Below, piece after piece: positions 1-8,391 of a stretch of DNA of 32,000 bases. The stretch is from Hyperthermus butylicus DSM 5456 (GTDB taxonomy: Archaea > Thermoproteota > Thermoprotei_A > Sulfolobales > Pyrodictiaceae): positions 540,001 to 572,000 of the forward strand of contig NC_008818.1 of NCBI RefSeq assembly GCF_000015145.1, written 5' to 3'. The notes under the pieces were generated by a model that saw nothing but the letters and a program-made list of their open reading frames with translations, did no database searches and was not told the DNA's origin. The position numbers and the translations under genes are program-made. Every line of letters starts with the position of its first letter. Position 1 is the stretch's first letter.

Positions 1-366
1 AACTATATGAATTGCAAATACTATGCCGTCGCGTCTAGCAACTATATAGTCTACATGTGGTATGCTGGAGACCCTCACTACGCTTGCAACTACTCTTCGA
101 AGGCCGCGGAGCCTAGAGAGGACCTCTTCGACGAGACTGCCACGCTCCAGCGGTTCGGGCTGTGACTCGAAGCCCGTATAGCAGGCTATGTCACCGGAGA
201 CTAGGACTATGCCACGGGCTTCAAGCTCGTCAAGTGCCTCTCTAACCTCGCTCAGGGAGAGCCTTGCCCTAGCAGCTATCGTTGCCAGTGAAAGACAGCC
301 CCGGCCGCGCTGGCTAGACTCTCGCAGTACACGCAGCACCCTCGATGCGTGGTCCCGGCCTGGCAT
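1..366 (-). CDS. Partial CDS running off the left edge (122 codons visible), HTH/winged-helix-like N-terminal region, function unknown
   Basis: Reverse complement from ATG at 366 is open to base 1: MPGRDHASRVLRVLRESSQRGRGCLSLATIAARARLSLSEVREALDELEARGIVLVSGDIACYTGFESQPEPLERGSLVEEVLSRLRGLRRVVASVVRVSSIPHVDYIVARRDGIVFAIHIV. Not in the ORF track, presumably because the stop lies outside the window. Confidence 0.6.
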   Translation of the reverse strand, partial: MPGRDHASRVLRVLRESSQRGRGCLSLATIAARARLSLSEVREALDELEARGIVLVSGDIACYTGFESQPEPLERGSLVEEVLSRLRGLRRVVASVVRVSSIPHVDYIVARRDGIVFAIHIV

Positions 367-397
367 ACACTACTACCCCGCTATTATGCCTGGAAAG

Positions 398-463
398 TGG
401 TCAGCAATGAGGCCTCCAGTCATCGCTCCCCAAGCTCTTCACGAAGGACGCGGTCATCATACC
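398..463 (-). ncRNA. Candidate C/D box guide sRNA
   Basis: Minus strand: C box ATGATGA (460-454), 12-nt segment CCGCGTCCTTCG, C'-like GCGATGA (426-420), D box CTGA (404-401). C-to-D length is 60 nt. D' is degenerate and the flanking stem is only 2 bp. Confidence 0.25.
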
Positions 464-693
464 CAGGTGCTGGGTAGAGGAGCGCAGGCCCCCTCATCCA
501 GCTGGGCGTCCACAGCGCCCTGTTGGGGGCCCGGCGGCACCCGAGAGGCCCCGGCCACCTGGTATACAGTAAGTCGCAGGTTTCCGGTTTTAGTCTTGGA
601 GTGCTGGGGGCCTCTGGGGCGAGAAGACTCCGCATCCCTTGTTGCTCTACGGTTTTCGGACTCGTCTTCACCGGCCCCCAAGTAGCACTAGGA
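461..693 (-). ncRNA. Candidate structured RNA or structured leader, unidentified
   Basis: Nested GC-rich inverted repeats: TTGGGGGCC (523-531) with GGCCCCCAA (673-681); GAGGCCCC (545-552) with GGGGCCTC (607-614); ACCCAG-GTG-CTGGGT (461-475); GGGCG/CGCCC (504-508/516-520). Minus-strand TATA-like CTATAAAG at 717-724. Confidence 0.35.
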
Positions 694-716
694 TGGTGGT
701 TAGTGTAGCTATACGC

Positions 717-724
717 TTTATAGC
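717..724 (-). promoter_or_regulatory. TATA-like element (CTATAAAG on minus strand)
   Basis: The + strand reads CTTTATAG; a transcription start about 25 nt downstream would fall near 693, just before the inverted-repeat region and the partial minus CDS. Confidence 0.4.
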
Positions 725-785
725 CTAGGTAAGGCTTTTTACGCGTAGGCCTGGGTTTACGGCTTGATTGGAGGTGTAATGTGCA

Positions 786-1517
786 GTGTCGTTCCCGGCT
801 CCACCAGCGATGATGGGGTATGACCGTAGTACAGCGATGTTCTCTCCTGATGGCCGGCTATTCCAGGTAGAGTATGCTATGGAGGCTGCTAAGCGTGGCT
901 GGACGATGGTGGGTGTTAGGGCTCGCGACGGTGTGGTGATCGTTGCTGAGAAGAAGAAGACAAGCCCGCTAATCGATATTGAGCAGCTGGAGAAGGTCTA
1001 CATGGTTGACGAGCATATAGGAGCTGGTTTTGTAGGGTTCGGCAGTGATGGTCGCGTGTTGATAGACTATGCTAGGCAGCTAGCGATACAGTACAAGTTC
1101 ATCTATGGCGAGAAGATACCAGTTGAGTACCTTACCAGGCAGATCTGTGACCTAATGCAGCTCTACACCCAGCATGGTGGCGTGAGACCCTTCGGTGTGA
1201 CACTGCTGATAGTCGGTGTAGATGATAGTGGTCCCAAGCTATTCGTTGCAGAGCCGAGCGGCCAGTACATGAGCTATAAGGCTCATGGTCTTGGCCAGGG
1301 TGGTGGCCAGGCTATAGAGATCCTGCAGCGCGAGTACAGGGACGACATAGATGTTGAGGGCGCAATACTCCTGGGCATAAGGGCTGTAGCATCTGTAATG
1401 GAGGGTAAGCCTACGCCGGAAACCCTAGAGGTTGGTGTAGCGGATACTAGGACTGGGAGGTTTAGGAAACTGACTAAAGAGGAGCTATTAAAGTATATAG
1501 AAAAGCTTGGTGCCTAG
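786..1517 (+). CDS. psmA: Proteasome alpha subunit
   Basis: MSFPAPPAMMGYDRSTAMFSPDGRLFQVEYAMEAAKRGWT is the proteasome alpha signature. Confidence 0.97.
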   Translation: MSFPAPPAMMGYDRSTAMFSPDGRLFQVEYAMEAAKRGWTMVGVRARDGVVIVAEKKKTSPLIDIEQLEKVYMVDEHIGAGFVGFGSDGRVLIDYARQLAIQYKFIYGEKIPVEYLTRQICDLMQLYTQHGGVRPFGVTLLIVGVDDSGPKLFVAEPSGQYMSYKAHGLGQGGGQAIEILQREYRDDIDVEGAILLGIRAVASVMEGKPTPETLEVGVADTRTGRFRKLTKEELLKYIEKLGA

Positions 1518-1520
1518 AGA

Positions 1521-2234
1521 ATGCCGCGGAAGGGCAGGGGCGAGCACGAGCCTGTAGTTGCGAGGCTTGAGGTTGCAGGTAAGCGTTTCGAGGTTCTCGT
1601 AAACCCGGACCTTGCTTTTGAGTATAAGCAAGGGAAGCAGGTTAGCCTTGAGGACATGGTTATTAGCGACGCTGTCTACACTGATCTGCGTCGAGGCTTG
1701 AGAGCATCACCTGAACTCCTACGCAAGGTTTTCGGCACTGATGACGTGGTAAAGATTGCGGCTGAGATTGTACGTCGTGGAGAACTACAGCTCACTGCCG
1801 AGCAGAGGAGGAGGCTGATAGAGGCAAAGAAGAAACAGATTATAAGCTACATAGCCCGCAACGCCATAGACCCGAAGACCAAGCTTCCAATTCCACCCGC
1901 TAGGATAGAGGCTGCTATGGAACAGGCGGGCGTAGGTGTAGACCCGTTTAAGAGTGTAGAGGAGCAAGCCCAGCTCATAGTCAAGGCTATAAGCAGGATT
2001 ATCCCGATAAAGATTGCTAAGGCGCTTCTAAGAATAGTTGTGCCGCCCGAGTACTCGCCGAGAGTTGCTGGTGCACTGCAGAAGCTGGGGGAGGTAAAGC
2101 ATATGGACTGGAGGACTGATGGGAGCCTCGTAGCGGAGCTGGAGATACCCGCGGGGCTTCAGCAGGAGGTTATAGACAAGCTTAACAAGCTCACGCAAGG
2201 CAATGTGGATGTTAAGATTGTGAGCGTGGTGTAG
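1521..2234 (+). CDS. Ribosome maturation protein, SBDS/SDO1 family
   Basis: SBDS-type sequence ([27 protein letters not shown]..., [24 protein letters not shown]); conserved position between psmA and rrp4. Confidence 0.95.
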   Translation: MPRKGRGEHEPVVARLEVAGKRFEVLVNPDLAFEYKQGKQVSLEDMVISDAVYTDLRRGLRASPELLRKVFGTDDVVKIAAEIVRRGELQLTAEQRRRLIEAKKKQIISYIARNAIDPKTKLPIPPARIEAAMEQAGVGVDPFKSVEEQAQLIVKAISRIIPIKIAKALLRIVVPPEYSPRVAGALQKLGEVKHMDWRTDGSLVAELEIPAGLQQEVIDKLNKLTQGNVDVKIVSVV

Positions 2235-2241
2235 CAGGGCC

Positions 2242-2961
2242 TTGGCCAGGATATATGTGCAGAATAGGAGCATAGTTGTGCCGGGGGATCTCCTGGCTGA
2301 GGGCGAGGATGTGGTAGTGGAGTCCATCTTTGTTGAGCGTGTAGGTCTAAAGTACTACGCTACTATAACTGGGCTTGCCAATGTACAGCAGGAGGATGGC
2401 AAGTTCAAGGTATCCATTATACCACTCGAGGGAGCCTACATACCCCGCCCAGGCGACATAGTTATAGGGCTTGTAAGGGATATAGGGCTCACTCATTGGG
2501 AGGTAGACATCGCCTCGCCCTACAAGGGCATACTCACTGTGCAGGAGGTACTAGATCGCCCCTTTAACCCCGCAACCGATAGCCTGAAGAAGTACCTCGA
2601 TGTAGGCGACTACATTGTCGCCAAGATAGTAGCTTTTGACCGCGCAAGGGATCCATTACTAACAATCAAGGGTAAGGGGCTCGGCCGCATAGTCGAGGGC
2701 TCCATTGTCGAGATTAAGCCCAGCCGTGTACCCAGGGTTATAGGTAAGAAGGGCTCAATGGTGAACATGATTATGCAGGAGACTGGCTGCGAGGTACTCG
2801 TGGGCCAGAATGGGAGGATACTAGTTAAATGCCCTAATCGGGAGCTTGAAGAGATAGTAGTACTCTCAATAAAGAAGATTGAAGCCGAGGCTCATACAAC
2901 GGGGCTCACTGAAAGGGTTAGGGAGTTCATTAGGAGGGAGAGGAGTAGGAGAGGTGTATAA
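2242..2961 (+). CDS. rrp4: Exosome complex RNA-binding subunit Rrp4 (S1 and KH domains)
   Basis: IVVPGDLLAEG..., PRPGDIVIGLVRDIGLTHWEVDI, KH-like VPRVIGKKGSMVNMI. Confidence 0.95.
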   Translation: MARIYVQNRSIVVPGDLLAEGEDVVVESIFVERVGLKYYATITGLANVQQEDGKFKVSIIPLEGAYIPRPGDIVIGLVRDIGLTHWEVDIASPYKGILTVQEVLDRPFNPATDSLKKYLDVGDYIVAKIVAFDRARDPLLTIKGKGLGRIVEGSIVEIKPSRVPRVIGKKGSMVNMIMQETGCEVLVGQNGRILVKCPNRELEEIVVLSIKKIEAEAHTTGLTERVREFIRRERSRRGV

Positions 2962-2964
2962 CCC

Positions 2965-3732
2965 ATGGCTGGCGGTGCCGGTGAGAAACCCACCCTTATA
3001 AGGTGGGAGGAGCGGGACGGCCAGAAAGTAGCTATCCGCCATGATGGTAGGCTGCCGGAGCAGCTCCGCCCCATAAGGATGGAGGTTGGTGTCCTCAGCA
3101 ATGCTGATGGCTCGGCGCTAGTAGAGTACGGAGGCACCAGGGTTATAGCAGCCGTCTATGGGCCTCGTGAAGCTCATCCCAGACATGTAGCGCTGCCAGA
3201 CCGTGCCATCATAAGGTGCCGCTACCACATGGCCCCGTTCTCGACGGCTGAAAGGAAGACGCCAGCACCGACAAGGCGCGAGGTTGAACTATCAAAGGTT
3301 ATTCGTGAGGCGTTGGAGGCTGTTGTTATCTCCGAGCTATATCCTCGCACAGCCATCGATGTCTACATGGAGGTGTTGCAGTCCGATGGCGGCACGAGGA
3401 CTGCTGCGATAACAGCTGCAAGCCTAGCGCTAGCTGATGCAGGTATAGCTATGAGGGATCTCGTTGCTGGTGTTGCAGTGGGGAAAGTTGATGGAGTCCT
3501 GGTACTCGATATAGACGAAATCGAGGATAACTATGCAGAGGCAGACATGCCGGTAGCAATGGCGCCGAGCCTGGATAAGGTTCTACTCCTACAGCTTAAC
3601 GGTGTTCTAACCCATGACGAGTTTGTAAAGGCGCTAGAGCTTGCCCGGAAGGGTATACAAGTGATCTACAACCTCCAGAAGGAGGCTCTCCGCAAGAAGT
3701 ATGTCGAGGTAAGTGTTGAGGAGGGTGCATAA
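2965..3732 (+). CDS. rrp41: Exosome complex exonuclease Rrp41
   Basis: RNase PH fold: [36 protein letters not shown]; [21 protein letters not shown]-type motif ([21 protein letters not shown]). Confidence 0.96.
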
Positions 3733-3735
3733 GCC

Positions 3736-4722
3736 ATGAGTATCACGCCCTCATTCCAACCAGTTATTCCCAAGCTCAAGAAGCATACTATGGAGACGCT
3801 GCTCTCGCGCGGCGTTAGGCTTGACGGTAGGAAGCTGGACGAGACAAGGCCGGTAGAGATAACGCCGGGCTACATTGATAGGGCTGAGGGCTCGGCACTA
3901 GTCAAGCTCGGCCAGACAGTTGTATTAGCGGGAGTTAAGACTGATATCGTTGCCCCGTTCCCCGATACGCCTAATGAGGCTGTGCTAGTAGTTCACGCCG
4001 AGTTCGTGCCGCTGGCATCGCCAACCTTTGAGCCAGGCCCACCAGACGAGAACGCTATTGAGCTTGCAAGAGTTATTGATAGAAGTCTACGAGAAATCAA
4101 GGCTGTTGCGCTGGATAAGCTTGTATTGGAGCCGGGTAAGCATGTGTGGAGGCTCTATGTGGATCTCTACATACTAAACCATGACGGCAACCTATTTGAT
4201 GCCTCTATGCTGGCAGCAATGGCTGCACTCATGACTACACGGCTGCCAGCAGCAGTTAAGACCGAGGACGGCTACACTGTGGATAGGTCGAAGTTTACAG
4301 GCTTGGTGCCAGTGAACCATAAGGTTGTAACGGTAACGATAGCAAAGCTGAGTAATAGGCTCATAGTTGACCCGACCTATGAGGAGGAGCAGGTAGCCGA
4401 TACAAGGCTCGTAGTAGCGGTTAGCGACGATGGCAGGATTGCGGGTATACAGAAGACAGGTATGGGTGACCTCACCTACAAGGAAGTACTCACTGCGGTA
4501 GCTATAGCGCTAAACAAGGCTCAAGTCTACCTCAAAGCTCTTGAGGAGAAGGTTGTTCCCTACCGTGCAGAGCTCGAGAAGAAGCTAGCTGAGCAGGCTG
4601 CTGGGGCTACTCCTGCAGCAGCGGTACCGGCACCTGCTAGGGAGCATGAAGAAGTTGTAGAGCAGGCTGAGTCCGCTGGCGAGGAGACCGTTGAACAGAG
4701 CTACGAGGAGGAGCGGGACTAG
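3736..4722 (+). CDS. rrp42: Exosome complex component Rrp42
   Basis: RNase PH family (RGVRLDGRKLDETRPVEITPGYIDRAEGSALVKLGQT) directly after rrp41; extended A/E-rich acidic C-terminal tail. Confidence 0.95.
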   Translation: MSITPSFQPVIPKLKKHTMETLLSRGVRLDGRKLDETRPVEITPGYIDRAEGSALVKLGQTVVLAGVKTDIVAPFPDTPNEAVLVVHAEFVPLASPTFEPGPPDENAIELARVIDRSLREIKAVALDKLVLEPGKHVWRLYVDLYILNHDGNLFDASMLAAMAALMTTRLPAAVKTEDGYTVDRSKFTGLVPVNHKVVTVTIAKLSNRLIVDPTYEEEQVADTRLVVAVSDDGRIAGIQKTGMGDLTYKEVLTAVAIALNKAQVYLKALEEKVVPYRAELEKKLAEQAAGATPAAAVPAPAREHEEVVEQAESAGEETVEQSYEEERD

Positions 4723-4774
4723 ACCTTCAAGGCTTATAAGTTGGCTCTCCTAGAGCCGTGGCGGGGGAACAGCG

Positions 4775-5041
4775 TTGGCCAGGCGGACGCGCGTCGTAGG
4801 CATTGCTGGCAGGTTCGGGCCGCGCTACGGTTCGACCCTTAGGAAGCGCTGGAAAGAGGTTATGGAGCGCCGCTATGCAGACCACGAGTGTCCATTCTGC
4901 GGGGTTAAGGGCCACGTCAAGAGGATAAGCGTAGGCATATGGACATGCACAAAGTGCGGAGCCGTATGGGCTGGTGCAGCCTACGTACCCAGAAGCGGGC
5001 TCAACAAGCACTTCCCGAGAGTAGTCATACGCGAAGACTAG
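4775..5041 (+). CDS. rpl37ae: Ribosomal protein L37Ae/L43e
   Basis: [69 protein letters not shown]; zinc ribbon. TTG start. Confidence 0.95.
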   Translation: MARRTRVVGIAGRFGPRYGSTLRKRWKEVMERRYADHECPFCGVKGHVKRISVGIWTCTKCGAVWAGAAYVPRSGLNKHFPRVVIRED

Positions 5042-5137
5042 CCCCAAGCCCGACTTCTTTCCATGTAGAAAGCTCTACCCCTACCTGGTCTTACAGTGAT
5101 ATCGGCAGCTGAGCGGGGACTTCTGGACTGATGGGCT

Positions 5138-5788
5138 ATGGTGCTGGAAAAGCGTGTAACCAGCTATAGGATCCTGGTGACCACCTCTCACCGTCCAACC
5201 CAGCGTATAAGGAGCTTTGTCAAGGACTTGGCATCGGTCCTGCCAAACGCGGTTAAAATCAATCGTGGTAAGGCCACTATGCGCGATCTATACTACGAGG
5301 CAGCCAGTATTGGTGCAAACCGCGTCGTCATAGTTGCTGGATGGAAGGGTAATCCAGGCTCTATAAACGTCTACGAGCCTGTAGAGCCACCAGACATGGA
5401 GCTTAAGCTTATTGCTAGGCTTTTACTTAGAGGCGTTAGATTGTCGAGGGAGACTCCTGGAGCACAACGCTCATATGGAACTTCGAGCCTTGGCGTCTAT
5501 GTTGAATCAGGCTCCCAGGAGCTAGCAGTACTTGCTGACACACTGATACGCGCGTTTAACGCGAAGCTTATACTCGACCTTGAGAGAGCACATCGTGTCG
5601 TGGATGTTGTAGCTGTCATCTCGCCTGGCAGGGATGACTACGTGGCTGAGATAAGGTTCCTATGTACTGGTTCTGGGCGGCAGTGTGGCCCCCTACTGAG
5701 GCTCGCGGGGGTAGCGGATAATGTATCGGGTTACAGGCTGCATAGAGCTAGAGCTGCCGGAGGAGAAGGCGCTGCAGGCAGTAGCTAG
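5138..5788 (+). CDS. Brix-domain ribosome biogenesis protein
   Basis: ILVTTSHRPTQRIRSFVKDLASVLPNAVKINRGKATMRDL... matches the archaeal Brix/Imp4-like family. Confidence 0.88.
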   Translation: MVLEKRVTSYRILVTTSHRPTQRIRSFVKDLASVLPNAVKINRGKATMRDLYYEAASIGANRVVIVAGWKGNPGSINVYEPVEPPDMELKLIARLLLRGVRLSRETPGAQRSYGTSSLGVYVESGSQELAVLADTLIRAFNAKLILDLERAHRVVDVVAVISPGRDDYVAEIRFLCTGSGRQCGPLLRLAGVADNVSGYRLHRARAAGGEGAAGSS

Positions 5789-5975
5789 GGCTTTAGATGT
5801 CGAGGCTAGGAACCCGCCAGACCCGCGGAGAGGCCGTGTAGAGGTACGTGTTGAGCCTGGCAAACTAGTAGTCTGTTTCGAGGCACGTGACCTAGCTGCA
5901 GCACGTACATTGGCAAACACTTATCTCAGCCTAGCAGCGACAACAGTCGAGGTGGTTGCGGCTACAGGTGGGTAG
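5721..5975 (+). CDS. pcc1: KEOPS complex Pcc1-like subunit
   Basis: Small protein (84 aa) of the Pcc1/CTAG fold: LDVEARNPPDPRRGRVEVRVEPGKLVVCFEARDLAAARTLANTYLSLAATTVEV. Confidence 0.75.
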   Translation: MYRVTGCIELELPEEKALQAVARALDVEARNPPDPRRGRVEVRVEPGKLVVCFEARDLAAARTLANTYLSLAATTVEVVAATGG

Positions 5976-6360
5976 GGCCTTGGCGCAGCGTCTACCCCCC
6001 GAGTTGGAGAACAAGCTTGTCCGGCTACAGACGCTACAAGCACAGTACAATAAGATACTGCAGGAGAGGGCTACGGTGGAGAGCGAGATAGCCGAAACAC
6101 AGCGCGCAATAAAGCTCATCGAGGAGGCTGGTGAAAACGCACCAGTATATCGGATGGAGGCAAACGTAATGGTAAGGGTTGACCGGGCTAAGCTGCTCCA
6201 GGAGCTCAAGGACCGCCTCGAAATACTGGAGCTGAGGCTGCAGAGGCTTAAGAAGCAGGAGGAGGAGATTAGGAAACAGTTAGACACGTTAGCCAAGGAG
6301 ATAAGGGAGCTACAGACGAAGCTAGCCCTAGGCAAGCAGGCAGGCGCAGGAGCGAGCTAG
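5956..6360 (+). CDS. pfdB: Prefoldin subunit beta
   Basis: Coiled-coil/beta architecture: LPPELENKLVRLQTLQAQYNKILQERATVESEIAETQRAIKLIEEAGENAPVYRMEANVMV. Confidence 0.92.
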   Translation: MRLQVGRALAQRLPPELENKLVRLQTLQAQYNKILQERATVESEIAETQRAIKLIEEAGENAPVYRMEANVMVRVDRAKLLQELKDRLEILELRLQRLKKQEEEIRKQLDTLAKEIRELQTKLALGKQAGAGAS

Positions 6361-6460
6361 TATCTCCCCACGAGTTCCTAGGAGGATGGGTGAGCAGACA
6401 GTACGTGTTTTTTAGCTGAGAATACCCCTTAAACCCGGGCTCTGTGTCTCCCGTTCCGTT

Positions 6461-6820
6461 ATGTGTAGGGGCCAGTCGTTGCCGAGGGTTATAGACGTCG
6501 GGCTTGGCAAGAAGCCGCTGAGCCTCGAGGAGCTAGAGGAGATACTTGGAGAGGTTGAAAGGATGCTTAGCAGGGAGCTTGAGGAGAGGCTTGGCAGGAG
6601 GCTGGAAGAGCTAGATATAGTTGTTGAGGGTGTGCTTTCGCCGGACGGTAGAAACCTCCAAATACTAATTGATGTGAGGGCTACTGGTAGGCTAATAGCG
6701 CCCCTATCCTATGACGAGGTGGTGGCTGAGGCTATTGACGCTGCAGCAAAGTGGCTCGAGCGCAGGCTACGTTCCAGACTGGCTAAGGGAGAAGGCGGAG
6801 GAGCTGCTAGAGCTAGCTGA
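6461..6820 (+). CDS. Conserved archaeal protein, DUF3194-like
   Basis: Small protein in the conserved slot between prefoldin beta and the DHH phosphoesterase; LSLEELEEILGEVERMLSRELEERL...LDIVVEGVLSPDGRNLQILIDV. Confidence 0.7.
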   Translation: MCRGQSLPRVIDVGLGKKPLSLEELEEILGEVERMLSRELEERLGRRLEELDIVVEGVLSPDGRNLQILIDVRATGRLIAPLSYDEVVAEAIDAAAKWLERRLRSRLAKGEGGGAARAS

Positions 6821-7802
6821 GGATGCTGGCACACCTATAGTGGTTACCGGCCACAAAAACGCCGACCCTGATGCCCTCGCCGCAGCCTACGTTATCCGCA
6901 ACATTCTCCGCTCCCGTGGGCTTGACGCGAGGCTCGTACTGCCTGAGGGTCTTAGCCAACCGAGTAAAAGGGTTGCCCGCGAGATACTCGGTGTAGAGCC
7001 TGCAGATGTGGAGGATGAGCCCCCGGAAGAGTCTGCGCTAGCAGTAGTTGTTGACACGGCTTCGCCGGAGCAGCTTGGCAGGCTTGCAGAGTTTGTGCTA
7101 CAGGTAGACTTCGTAGTGATAGACCATCATGAGAGTAATAGGCTGGCGGAGAAGGCTGCCTTAGCCATAGTTGATACATCTGCTAAGGCTAACGCCGAGA
7201 TAGTATACATGATGGCTCGCCACATCTACGGAGTGAATCTCTCAAGACAGGAACTCGAAGTCCTATTGTCAGGCATAGTCTATGATACAAGGCACTTTGT
7301 CCTCTCTACAGCGCGTACACTGAGAATAGCAGCTGAACTCATGGAGGCTGGTGCCAGTCTTGAGAGGGTGCTGCGTGCCCTCCAGTCGCCGCCGATGGAG
7401 ATTGCCGAGAGGATAGCTAGGATAAAAGCTGCCAAGAGAATGCATGCGCTACGTGCTGGCGACTACATAGTGGCTGTTACAAATGTTGGAGCCTACGAGT
7501 CAAGTGTAGCCAGGGCGCTGCTCGACCTGGGTGCAGACATGGCGCTCATAGTTTCCGAGCATGGTGATGAGGTGCGAGTCATTGGGAGGGCTCGCAAGAG
7601 CATCGTGGAGAAGCTAGATGTACACTTGGGTCGAGACATAATGGAGCCGCTAGGCTCAATGTTCGGGGGAGGCGGTGGAGGACACGCGCAAGCAGCAGGG
7701 GCAACTGTTAGAGCTGATCTTGAGAGAGTATACGCCGCCCTATTAGAACTCCTAGAAAAGCTCCTAAAGAGTAAAGGGCTGGAACCACAAGCTCTAGCCT
7801 AG
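6711..7802 (+). CDS. DHH/DHHA1 family phosphoesterase
   Basis: VVTGHKNADPDALAAAYVI, VVIDHHESNRL, C-terminal MFGGGGGGHAQAAGATV. Start uncertain; overlaps the upstream gene by 85-110 nt. Confidence 0.9.
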   Translation: MTRWWLRLLTLQQSGSSAGYVPDWLREKAEELLELAEDAGTPIVVTGHKNADPDALAAAYVIRNILRSRGLDARLVLPEGLSQPSKRVAREILGVEPADVEDEPPEESALAVVVDTASPEQLGRLAEFVLQVDFVVIDHHESNRLAEKAALAIVDTSAKANAEIVYMMARHIYGVNLSRQELEVLLSGIVYDTRHFVLSTARTLRIAAELMEAGASLERVLRALQSPPMEIAERIARIKAAKRMHALRAGDYIVAVTNVGAYESSVARALLDLGADMALIVSEHGDEVRVIGRARKSIVEKLDVHLGRDIMEPLGSMFGGGGGGHAQAAGATVRADLERVYAALLELLEKLLKSKGLEPQALA

Positions 7803-7807
7803 AGGGG

Positions 7808-8218
7808 GTGTGTGGCCTGGTGGTTTCCGATCTCTCCGAGCTAGAGACCATGGTTAGATTGCTCCGGCTCCCATATCGCCGCATGGGGGACAGTGTAGTC
7901 GCGAGCTTCTCCGACGAAAAATACGGTGAGATAGGCCTCGTATACACTCTCGACCGGGATACGGGAAGCCTCCGCGTCGCGGCCCCCTTGGACGTGGAGC
8001 CTACGAGTGAGGGGTTGCGCGTAATCCTTGAGGAGAACTTCACAAGCACCACATACAAGTATGCCCTAGACTACGAGGGCTTCATAACTGTGGTGTACGA
8101 TGTTCAAGCTGACTGTGTAAGGGATGTTCGGAAGCTTAGAGAAATAACGCTCTATGTTGTTGAGGGTGCTAAGAGGATCCTGGAGAGGAGTAGGCCGGAG
8201 AAGGTGGAGGGAGGTTAG
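7808..8218 (+). CDS. Conserved hypothetical protein
   Basis: 136-aa ORF 6 nt after the DHH gene with protein-like composition; GTG-type start context. Confidence 0.6.
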   Translation: MCGLVVSDLSELETMVRLLRLPYRRMGDSVVASFSDEKYGEIGLVYTLDRDTGSLRVAAPLDVEPTSEGLRVILEENFTSTTYKYALDYEGFITVVYDVQADCVRDVRKLREITLYVVEGAKRILERSRPEKVEGG

Positions 8219-8388
8219 CCCTTCTTCATACCTATCATCGCGCGTTTCGGCCTCAGATTCTTGCTCTTACAGCGCCTACACTTCTTTGCACCTGGCGGGT
8301 TTAGCGCTCCACACTTTCTACAGACAAGCTTGTTTAGTACACGTTGGTACACAATTCTCATTGTTTCTGGGTCGCGCGCTGCAACCAT
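8215..8388 (-). CDS. rpl40e: Ribosomal protein L40e
   Basis: Hand translation of the reverse complement: [57 protein letters not shown] (57 aa), a CxxC...CxxC zinc protein. Below the ORF-track length cutoff. Confidence 0.95.
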   Translation of the reverse strand: MVAARDPETMRIVYQRVLNKLVCRKCGALNPPGAKKCRRCKSKNLRPKRAMIGMKKG

Positions 8389-8391
8389 GGC

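Noticed and set aside
188-708. Overlapping + and - ORFs (188..685 +, 420..671 -, 523..708 +)
   Set aside because: Serine/proline-rich shadow-like translations over GC-rich inverted repeats; the partial minus-strand CDS ending its start at 366 is a better explanation for the left part.
4820-4845. GGTTCGACCC, a T-loop-like string suggestive of tRNA
   Set aside because: It lies inside the L37Ae coding sequence ([13 protein letters not shown]) and no acceptor or anticodon stems were found.
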